DNA from: an uncultured Clostridium sp.
GTDB lineage: Bacteria > Bacillota > Clostridia > Christensenellales > CAG-138
Assembly (NCBI GenBank): GCA_900542285.1
Contig: UQNF01000003.1
Location: 15,585-79,584, forward strand
Reading direction: 5' to 3'
DNA: 64,000 nt
Position 1 is the first letter of the stretch. Each line of letters starts with the position of its first letter. Shown here in pieces: positions 40,601 through 47,099 of this stretch. Position numbers and translations under genes: made by a program. The notes beneath the pieces were generated by a model. That model had not been told where the DNA came from, ran no database searches, and saw only the letters and a program-made list of their open reading frames with translations.

Positions 40601-40936
40601 ATGCTCTTCAAGCGCGGCATACTGCTCCTCGGTGAGAGAATCGATAAATGCGCTCAGCTGTTCGTCGGTGAGCCCTTCAAGCAGCGCGTGAGCCTCCGCA
40701 AAGGTCGCGGCTGCCATAAGGTCATTGTACAGTGCGGCATAATCGGGAGCTTCCACCGGGGTATCGGTATCGGACGGAGCGGGAGTTACTGACGGTGCAG
40801 AGGTTGGACTGCCCGAATTCGCTTGGCTGCCCATATTGGCGATGCCGCCTTCGTTCAGCGCGACAATGGCTGAGCCCATGGGCGTAATAAGGCATAAGCA
40901 GAGAAGCAGTGACAATAGCCCTTTAAGTATCTTCAT
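37682..40936 (-). CDS. Large secreted vWA (MIDAS) domain protein, adhesin-like, no recognisable cell-wall anchor
   Basis: 1084 aa. Signal peptide. DIVLVLDQSGSM (DxSxS at 40286-40300) and VVIVFTDGLPG. C-terminal beta-rich modules (e.g. GTYTVSEDTKWSWRYEL). Ends ...GKEDLTDEAD with no LPxTG or TM segment. Confidence 0.8.
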   Translation of the reverse strand: MKILKGLLSLLLCLCLITPMGSAIVALNEGGIANMGSQANSGSPTSAPSVTPAPSDTDTPVEAPDYAALYNDLMAAATFAEAHALLEGLTDEQLSAFIDSLTEEQYAALEEHINELIAAAEEDGDLEYVYTTVNFTNVAPLLDPVCGSPTRGASVSGDDTGSGNGDSGMEITKNAVANGDGTYTITLEAYATGEKVITEVTEYIPTDIVLVLDQSGSMADSFTSSYKYDSYFDMTNSDYYYQQNNLFYKLDDGSYAQVSVSRDWIWTVFLIRGYFKYTYSWSEGSYESDRPDTVPEIHNKLYLRTAVETTRLEALKNAVTAFANAVAVKAKGKDGQMGTEDDVNHRIAVVGFASSGTEYNEDKYENTEVFVGATQYTYGNSAIAQYSNALQSMNTSIGKNNIANSIKALDAYGGTFTDLGMEMANGILNVNKIEEGTKRNRVVIVFTDGLPGTGRYNSTVGNAAISQGSTAKSTYGATVYTVGIFDGADATSAGSSSGNDTQKANWFMQNLSSNNGNVQSPSYYLSAGDADALNDIFEKISQQIETGGSSTTLSEHTVIRDIIAPAFTLPEGTTAEDITLKTYACIGKNGDNKYTWRRNVDSMNQDDPMGATASIFGSQVSVTNFDFAEHYVGTVTNNGEVTYHGHKLVIRFTVSPKAGFLGGNNVYTNANAGVYENSSAINPVLTFERPEVNVPIGEVSVTASDKNVYLLNGLTAAQLKEDATVTVGGVSLNLAAADNNYGLETWQTEYVNISVVIKDASGHAVTDGIDELSDDTTYSITVTVSPKPDTGYDKDGNLLPGTLATQQSGYDEGTINVFKPVLTFADSEVWYGGQYTDYTANYKPVAWKHGETVDSSVTMEGSAPTLKLDYATTPENAIKKGYIVVPDDIPVNVSVKIGETDIDRHVSFVHDECEHSGCDFGTEGAVPCKFILHVNTCSLTVKKAIAEGSRLLDAEQSFIFTVSYPGLTTKEGVTILSPADYNVLIVGAGSRTIVGLPVGTYTVSEDTKWSWRYELVEEQNGVLATLPAESPEEAIVTMTNRLNNEFWLSDEAVATNVFDSNGSPEYSPMPAIIPGKEDLTDEAD

Positions 40937-40975
40937 GTGCTATACCTCCTTTTCTAAAGATTTTTTGTGAAATGC

Positions 40976-41527
40976 TCACTCTGCGGGCCAGCCCTGCGCA
41001 GCCAGAACGGTTGCGCCGTTGTTTGCATACTGTACAGCCTCTGCGTCAACATCGATGCTCAGAACCGCATCCATATAGGAGTTGCCAAGGCTGATGTCGA
41101 ATGCTACGCTTGAGAACAGCTCGTTGGTGAAGGCACCGCCGTCAACGGGGCTGTTGTAGTAATAGTAGCCGTCCGAATAGGTCCAATCGGTGGTGTTGTA
41201 ATCAAGGGTGATGTCGTCGGTTGACAGCGCCTGCTGGTTGGCATCGGTGCAGCTCATGGTGACCTTTACACGGATCCATGCGGTATTGTCGCCGGTGTTC
41301 TCAATCTTAACGACCTTTGCGATGGTGTCGCCGGGCATAACACCGGTCTGATCCACAAAGGGATCGCCGTTTTCGTCGGTCTCATGGATAGCTATCCCGA
41401 GATTGCCGGCGGTTATCTGATTGTTTGCAGTATCCTGCGCGGTGAAGTAGGCGAGGGAGCCGAGCGCAAGGATGGATACGCAGGCGATAATTGCCGCAAG
41501 AATCGTAATCTTCTTCTTGATATTCAT
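40976..41527 (-). CDS. TasA/camelysin (peptidase M73-like) family protein with SipW-class signal peptide
   Basis: ...LGSLAYFTAQDTANNQITAGNLGIAIHE..., GVMPGDTIAKVVKIENTGDNTAWIRVKV. Confidence 0.8.
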   Translation of the reverse strand: MNIKKKITILAAIIACVSILALGSLAYFTAQDTANNQITAGNLGIAIHETDENGDPFVDQTGVMPGDTIAKVVKIENTGDNTAWIRVKVTMSCTDANQQALSTDDITLDYNTTDWTYSDGYYYYNSPVDGGAFTNELFSSVAFDISLGNSYMDAVLSIDVDAEAVQYANNGATVLAAQGWPAE

Positions 41528-41646
41528 ATTCTTTGCCTTTCTTTTTTAATTTATTTGCTATTTGCGGCTTTTGTGCCGCTGCTCACATATACCGCCACCC
41601 CGGCCGCTTTTGCGGCCAGGGCAACGTTAGTGAGGTGGAGGGATTA

Positions 41647-42426
41647 TTAAGCCCAGGGATTTGCGGGAAGACCGGAAGCGGCGAATGCTGCTTCTGCACT
41701 ATCAAAACCGGCAGCCTGAACAGCCTGAACGAATACAGGAATCTCTACGCCTTCGGAGAGATCGTAGTTAATGACTTCAGGACCGTTGCCCCAATCTACT
41801 GTGTAGACGGGATTATTAGTGACTGAATCAATGTGCATATCAACAGTCTTGTCAAGGTAGAATCCGATGTATGCAGGAGTTGCGGTAACTACATCTTTTT
41901 CAAGAGCGGTAGTATAGGTGCGGCTATAGATTTTGTATTCAACGTCATTAATTACTACTTGGTTGGCAACAACTATCTCATCAGTCCACTGGCCTTCTGC
42001 GCAGGAATCTCCGTTAAAGTTCCAATGAAGGACATCATAGCGAGGTGCGTTGGGGGTCTGACCATTCTGAAGAGCGGTAGGAACAGCAACAAAGATGCGT
42101 ACATATGCATCAGATTCGCCGGTGTTCTTGATGGTCATGATTTTATCAACATAGTTCTCGGCAGTGGGAAGTGTAACACCACCAACAGTTTCCTGTTCGC
42201 CCTGTGCGGAACCAACGATAGGCATCAGAACCTTATTCTGTTCAAAGGGTACAAGTGCAGAGCTGTCTGCGTTTCTCTGCCGCTCGATAAGCTGAACCTT
42301 AACTCCGCCAACGGTGAAAACATTGGTTTCTTGATCGGTAGCGGTGAAATAAGCGATGGACATGCCGACGATGGTGACGGCAAGAACGGCAACGGCGAGG
42401 CCGATTGCGAGTAGTTTCTTCTTCAT
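41647..42426 (-). CDS. SipW-class signal peptide protein, TasA-like paralog
   Basis: ...GMSIAYFTATDQETNVFTVGGVKVQLIE..., IMTIKNTGESDAYVRIFVAV. Confidence 0.75.
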   Translation of the reverse strand: MKKKLLAIGLAVAVLAVTIVGMSIAYFTATDQETNVFTVGGVKVQLIERQRNADSSALVPFEQNKVLMPIVGSAQGEQETVGGVTLPTAENYVDKIMTIKNTGESDAYVRIFVAVPTALQNGQTPNAPRYDVLHWNFNGDSCAEGQWTDEIVVANQVVINDVEYKIYSRTYTTALEKDVVTATPAYIGFYLDKTVDMHIDSVTNNPVYTVDWGNGPEVINYDLSEGVEIPVFVQAVQAAGFDSAEAAFAASGLPANPWA

Positions 42427-42495
42427 AAAACAAATTCTCCTTAATAATTTATTGTTTTTGTTTCTTTGTTAGTTGGTTGCTGCGTGATCGATAAA

Positions 42496-43137
42496 TCACT
42501 GAGCATTATATGCTGCCCATGCTGCTTCCGGAGTTTGGAAGCCATCAGCCTGGATAGCGTAAGCATTGACGGTGATGGTCATGCCTTCAATCGTCCTAAG
42601 CTGTGCATTATTGATGGTACCGGGAACGGTGATGCTGTCGAACAGAGCATCGAGTGCTACATCTGCAGTAGGAGCAGCAACGGTTTCCTTATACCAGAAC
42701 TCATAGGTGCGGGTATTTGCTGAGGCATCCTCGGTGTTGCCCTTGCAGATCCAATTTGTACTATCGTAGCCTTTGAAAATACTAGTTAGATCTGCGCCAG
42801 TGGGAGCAAAGATAGCGTCAAGCTCACGAGATTTACTGAAGGTGACGGTCATCTTGATGTAGGAGCTTTCGCTGCCGCTCAAAACGGTGACTGTCGGATC
42901 CTTGGTGTAGGTGTGTCCGGGAATAAGCTTGTAGCTGTTAGCCTTGACACGATCAGCATCTTGCACTGGTGTACCATCAAGATTCACTTTAGCTTCGTCA
43001 AGCTTGATCTGTACGTTACCGACGGTGAAGGTGTTGACAACTCTGTCGGTGCTTGTCAGGTAGGCAAGCGTCATACCTACTGCAAAGGCGCAAACCAGCA
43101 CCATTGCAACTGACATGATTAGAAGTTTCTTCTTCAT
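42496..43137 (-). CDS. SipW-class signal peptide protein, TasA-like paralog
   Basis: MKKKLLIMSVAMVLVCAFAVGMTLAYLTSTDRVVNTFTVGNVQIKLDE. ATG 43137 follows GGAAAGGAAG; the track ORF to 43176 is an extension. Confidence 0.75.
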   Translation of the reverse strand: MKKKLLIMSVAMVLVCAFAVGMTLAYLTSTDRVVNTFTVGNVQIKLDEAKVNLDGTPVQDADRVKANSYKLIPGHTYTKDPTVTVLSGSESSYIKMTVTFSKSRELDAIFAPTGADLTSIFKGYDSTNWICKGNTEDASANTRTYEFWYKETVAAPTADVALDALFDSITVPGTINNAQLRTIEGMTITVNAYAIQADGFQTPEAAWAAYNAQ

Positions 43138-43188
43138 GTTCTTCCTTTCCGGGCGCGCTCTGCGGCGCCCATGCATTATATATGGGAT

Positions 43189-43797
43189 TTATATTAAGCC
43201 CGAAGGCTCTTCCCCGGAATTGGTTGATTCGGCGCCGTCCCTGACGCCGCGCTTTTTGCTCTTGTCCATGCCCTTGATAATATCGGGTACGAACAGAAGC
43301 AGGACGAGCACCACCGCGCCGCAAATCCCGACATACATGCCGGGCGGCGAGGAGAGATAATTGGAAACATATCCAAGATAGGGGATGGAGAACACGGGAC
43401 GGCCGAGAAGATTCTTAAAATAAACCGGCTTACCGTCCGGCGCATCGTTTGCATCGCCCTTGGTGTAGAAAAGCTCGTTCTCCGCATCGATATCGATAAC
43501 ACGGTGAGTGGCGATGACAAGGTCTTCGTTCAGAACGAAGGTTATCGGGTCGCCGACCCTTATCTGCTCCGCGGGAACACCCTTAACATATATGAGTGAA
43601 CCGACATGATATGTCGGCTCCATACTGCCGCTGAGTACGCAGAATGGGCGCAGGCCAAACAGCCTGACGCCGGCCAGAAGTACCGCAATCAGCACCACGA
43701 CACATGTTAGAATGGTTGTGAATACGTTCAGAACAATTTGAACAGGGCTCTTCTTTTCTTTATTCTTTTTTTTCTTTATGTCTGTATCTTGCTCCAT
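43189..43797 (-). CDS. sipW: SipW-type (ER/archaeal-type, S26B) signal peptidase I
   Basis: N-terminal TM helix, SGSMEP (catalytic Ser), ATHRVIDI (His), YTKGDAND, and a C-terminal TM helix. Confidence 0.88.
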   Translation of the reverse strand: MEQDTDIKKKKNKEKKSPVQIVLNVFTTILTCVVVLIAVLLAGVRLFGLRPFCVLSGSMEPTYHVGSLIYVKGVPAEQIRVGDPITFVLNEDLVIATHRVIDIDAENELFYTKGDANDAPDGKPVYFKNLLGRPVFSIPYLGYVSNYLSSPPGMYVGICGAVVLVLLLFVPDIIKGMDKSKKRGVRDGAESTNSGEEPSGLI

Positions 43798-43910
43798 GAT
43801 ACCAAGCTCCTTACTGCCTACTGGGTGATAAATCAGGCAAATATTGGCAGTATTACGATTAACACATGTATACTTGCGCGTCTATCCAATATATCTTACG
43901 CCGAGTTGTG

Positions 43911-43930
43911 CATAAAAGTACACTTTTATG
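43911..43930. repeat. Left hix-like recombination site (palindromic half-sites, core AC)
   Basis: CATAAAAGT-AC-ACTTTTATG: perfect 9-bp inverted half-sites around a non-palindromic AC core. Confidence 0.6.
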
Positions 43931-44056
43931 TATTGACGAACAATGGATAGGTGTAGTATAATTCCGCTGAAAACAGCCGGGAGACGAGTTAAAAACTGGA
44001 CTGTTTTCCACCGTTAAGGTGAATTTGCGTGTGCCGAAGTGTTGTGCATAAAAGTG
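43921..44056. other. Putative 136-bp invertible promoter segment (between the two core dinucleotides)
   Basis: Bounded by a perfect 13-bp inverted repeat: GTACACTTTTATG (43918-43930) and CATAAAAGTGTAC (44047-44059). It contains the only strong promoter in the sipW-recombinase intergenic region. Confidence 0.6.
43933..43962 (+). promoter_or_regulatory. Near-consensus sigma-70 promoter inside the invertible segment, currently pointing away from sipW
   Basis: TTGACG (43933-43938), 18-nt spacer, TATAAT (43957-43962) on the + strand. Confidence 0.65.
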
Positions 44057-44066
44057 TACCTTTTTG
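44047..44066. repeat. Right hix-like recombination site (core GT, the reverse complement of the left core)
   Basis: CATAAAAGT-GT-ACCTTTTTG. Its reverse complement, CAAAAAGGT-AC-ACTTTTATG, aligns with the left site. Confidence 0.6.
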
Positions 44067-44101
44067 CACAAAGCAAAAATATATTTTAATTTTTCACCGC
44101 C

Positions 44102-44707
44102 TCAATCAAACGTTCCGTACTCTCTTAGCCATTTATAGAGCAGAGAACGGCTTATTCCAAGGCTTTCGGCGACCTCTGTGCTGGTACAGCCACGCTTCTT
44201 CCACTGCGCCGCTATCTCGTCGAATCCTTCTGGCTTCGGTATGCTTTCCCTGCCAAGCTTCACTCCTCGAAGCTTCGCAGCGGCAATTCCCTCTGCCTGA
44301 CGCTTGCGAATGTTTTCGCGTTCTGTCTGAGCGACATAGCTCAATATCTGCAAAACGAGATTCGATATGAATACGCCGGTCAGATCCTTATCACGCTGAC
44401 GCGTATCCAACAATGGCATGTCCAGAACAACTATATCTGCTTGTTTTTCCGATGTAATTATCTTCCATTGCTCGATAATCTCCTCATAGTTTCGTCCAAG
44501 CCTGTCGATAGAAAGTATGAATACCGCATCTCCGCTTCGGAGGCGGCGCATCATGCGCTTGTACTGCGGCCGTAAAAAATCCTTACCGCTCTGCTTGTCG
44601 ATGTAGATCATTTCCTTCTCGATACCGGCCTCGTGCATCGCAAGAAGCTGGCGTGATTCATTCTGTTCCTTGGTCGAAACCCGAATGTACCCATAGTTTT
44701 TGTTCAT
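44102..44707 (-). CDS. Small serine recombinase (resolvase/invertase family) with C-terminal HTH
   Basis: 201 aa. YGYIRVSTKEQNESRQ (catalytic Ser), ILSIDRLGRN, C-terminal HTH GCTSTEVAESLGISRSLLYKWL. Strong RBS AGGAGGAA. Confidence 0.9.
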   Translation of the reverse strand: MNKNYGYIRVSTKEQNESRQLLAMHEAGIEKEMIYIDKQSGKDFLRPQYKRMMRRLRSGDAVFILSIDRLGRNYEEIIEQWKIITSEKQADIVVLDMPLLDTRQRDKDLTGVFISNLVLQILSYVAQTERENIRKRQAEGIAAAKLRGVKLGRESIPKPEGFDEIAAQWKKRGCTSTEVAESLGISRSLLYKWLREYGTFD

Positions 44708-44989
44708 TGTGAAATTCCTCCTGGTTCTGCTTTTGTGATGTGATGATAAAAACGCAGTGTGATGCAGCGTTTATATTACTAAGCATAACATGGCTGTTGT
44801 ATAATTCATCCATTCAGGCCAATTTCATATATAAAGCAGAAGCGAACTGCAAAGTGGGAGAAAATACACGAATCGACAGAATTCGGAATAGCATTGAAAT
44901 TGTCTTGCTGTATTTGCCGGAATATGGAAGAATTATCGAGGTGCAGCAGCGATGGTGAATCGAATCGGCCCCAAATGCTGTTATATGTA

Positions 44990-45017
44990 ATAAAAAGCAG
45001 AGGCGCTTAACCTCTGC
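44990..45017 (-). terminator. Rho-independent terminator after trkA
   Basis: The minus strand reads GGCAGAGGTTAAGCGCCTCTGCTTTTT. 7-bp stem GCAGAGG/CCTCTGC. Confidence 0.75.
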
Positions 45018-45035
45018 CAAAATATAGTAATATGA

Positions 45036-45680
45036 TTATCCAATCAGTTTCTTGAAGGCGTCATTTCCGCCAAGAACGATGATATGATCGTCCGGGTTAA
45101 ACATATAGTTGGCGTCTGCAGCAATAAGCTTGCCTTCGGGAGTTTTTGCCGCAACAACATTAACTCCGTAGCGTTTGCGGACATCGATAATCTGAATGGT
45201 CTTTCCAAACCATTTGGATGGCGCGCGCAGCTCGAACATCGCATATTCATCCGACAGCATAAAATAGTCAAAGACCGAGTCATTGCTTATGGTTTTTGCA
45301 AGCCTTTGAGCCATATCCTTTTCGGGGAATACTATCTTATCTGCTCCGTTCTTGAGAAAGAACTTCGCCTGAACCTCCGTCGAAGCTATCGCAATAACAT
45401 AGGGACAGCCAAGCTCCTTGAGAAGGTCAACGATTTGGAGACTGTCCTGAAAGTCCTCCGGTATGCAGACTATCGCTGCGTCAAATTCATCAACGCCGAA
45501 TGTCATAAGGACGTCACGGCGCGTACAATCGCCGATTTTTGCACTGGACACATATTCAACAAGATCTGAGACCTTATTTTCACTTTCGTCCACCAGCATT
45601 ATTTCACATCCGGCATTATACAGATAGCGGCAAATGAAATGGCCGAATTTACCTGCGCCGATCACCAAAAATGATTTCAT
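45036..45680 (-). CDS. trkA: Trk/Ktr potassium uptake system NAD-binding subunit
   Basis: MKSFLVIGAGKFGHF Rossmann motif, plus a C-terminal TrkA-C domain. Confidence 0.88.
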   Translation of the reverse strand: MKSFLVIGAGKFGHFICRYLYNAGCEIMLVDESENKVSDLVEYVSSAKIGDCTRRDVLMTFGVDEFDAAIVCIPEDFQDSLQIVDLLKELGCPYVIAIASTEVQAKFFLKNGADKIVFPEKDMAQRLAKTISNDSVFDYFMLSDEYAMFELRAPSKWFGKTIQIIDVRKRYGVNVVAAKTPEGKLIAADANYMFNPDDHIIVLGGNDAFKKLIG

Positions 45681-45704
45681 AAATTCCTCCTTGACCTAAT
45701 TTGA

Positions 45705-47096
45705 TTACCCGATGGTGATATCCTCTGCTGGGGCGGTTATGCGCGAAGGCGCTTTACGCTCGGCAAGCGCTCCGGCAAAGCTCAGGCTTCCTACACGCCC
45801 GCAGAACATCAGGAAAATTATCACTATTTTTGAAACGATCGAAAGACTGCGAGTGATGCCGGTACTCATTCCGACGGTTGCGACAGCGGAGGTCGTTTCA
45901 AAGATTACATCAATCACCGGAAGCTGATTGTCAGCAATGCAGATAATGAGCGATGCAAGAATGACCAAAGAAAGGTTGGTCACAAATACCGCGGTCGCTT
46001 TATTTAGTATGTTGCTTTCAAGCCGCCTGCCGAACAGACCAAAGCTGCTGTTCTTACGGATATAGGAAAAACCGAACAGCAGAAGCGTTATAAACGTAGT
46101 AGTCTTTATGCCGCCTGCAGTTGAACCGGGACTGCCGCCAATGAACATGAGTACGGTCGTAAGCAACTTTCCGGCAGGGGAGAGAGCACCGGTATCCACG
46201 GTGTTGAAGCCAGCAGTCCTTGCAGTGACCGAGCCAAAGAAGGATGTCAGCACCCTCTCGCCGAAATTCATGCCTGCCGCCGAATAATCTGCTTCGGAAA
46301 AGAAGAGCACCACTGCTCCGACAAGGACAAGTATTGCGCTTATGCTGAGGACTATTTTGCTGTGAAGTCGATACTTCCTCAAATGTATACCGTGGTTCAG
46401 AACATCGTCCCATACAAGGAAGCCAAGTCCGCCTATAATGATGAGTAGCATAATAACTACATTGACAAGCACATCATTATAGAATCCGGTAAGGGAGCAG
46501 AATTCCCCTGTAAAGCCCATTATGTCAAAACCTGCATTGCAGAATGCGGAAACTGAATGGAAGATGCCCATGAATATGCCCTTGGGAACGCCGAACTTGG
46601 GACAAAACCGAATGGACAAAAGAGCAGCCCCGCTAAGTTCAACTACCGCTGTGACGGCGAGAATACGCTTTGCAAGCTTTAATATTCCGCCTATCTGGAG
46701 CGTGTTGATGCTTTCGGACAAAAGCTCGCGTTCACGAAGTCCAAGCTTTTTGTTAATAAGCATGAACAGCACCGTTGCAATGGTCATAAACCCAAGTCCG
46801 CCGATTTGAATCATAAGCAGGATAACGCATTGACCGAATAATGACCAATGAGTACCTGTATCAACGGTAACAAGGCCGGTAACGCAGGTCGATGATGTTG
46901 CCGTGAACAGGCAGTCAAGCAGAGGCGTTACCTCACGATCCCTTGACGATACGGGGAGGGACAGAAGCAGCGTTCCGATGATGATTATCACGAAAAAGCT
47001 AAGCGAAATAACCTGGGTCTGACTCATCCCACGTTTGCGCTGCTTGCGCTTCAGGTCTCCGATTGGATTTACTTGTCCTCCGATAGTAACTCCCAT
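45705..47096 (-). CDS. trkH: TrkH/KtrB-family potassium transporter membrane subunit
   Basis: Polytopic membrane protein with repeated selectivity-filter-like motifs (TATSSTCVTGL, NAGF, RTAGFN, VATVGMSTG). Start is ambiguous (ATG 47096 or 47027). Confidence 0.88.
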   Translation of the reverse strand: MGVTIGGQVNPIGDLKRKQRKRGMSQTQVISLSFFVIIIIGTLLLSLPVSSRDREVTPLLDCLFTATSSTCVTGLVTVDTGTHWSLFGQCVILLMIQIGGLGFMTIATVLFMLINKKLGLRERELLSESINTLQIGGILKLAKRILAVTAVVELSGAALLSIRFCPKFGVPKGIFMGIFHSVSAFCNAGFDIMGFTGEFCSLTGFYNDVLVNVVIMLLIIIGGLGFLVWDDVLNHGIHLRKYRLHSKIVLSISAILVLVGAVVLFFSEADYSAAGMNFGERVLTSFFGSVTARTAGFNTVDTGALSPAGKLLTTVLMFIGGSPGSTAGGIKTTTFITLLLFGFSYIRKNSSFGLFGRRLESNILNKATAVFVTNLSLVILASLIICIADNQLPVIDVIFETTSAVATVGMSTGITRSLSIVSKIVIIFLMFCGRVGSLSFAGALAERKAPSRITAPAEDITIG

Positions 47097-47099
47097 GGC

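Noticed and set aside
43906-44055. Reading the two sites as a direct repeat (TTGTGCATAAAAGT occurs at 43906-43919 and 44042-44055), implying excision rather than inversion
   Set aside because: Each site is itself palindromic, so it matches the other in both orientations. The asymmetric elements (core AC vs GT, and the variant half-site ACCTTTTTG) are in inverted orientation, which favours inversion. Deletion cannot be fully excluded without data.
43738-44370. Small ORFs (70, 70 and 113 aa) in the sipW-recombinase intergenic region
   Set aside because: They have no RBS and cross the palindromic sites, the promoter and the recombinase gene in antisense. The region is better explained as a regulatory switch.
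36022-45017. Prophage, ICE or transposon interpretation of the fibre/recombinase block
   Set aside because: There is no large serine or tyrosine integrase, transposase, or phage or conjugation gene. The only recombinase is a ~200-aa resolvase/invertase type, which does not integrate islands. I kept only the weaker flanking-hairpin observation.
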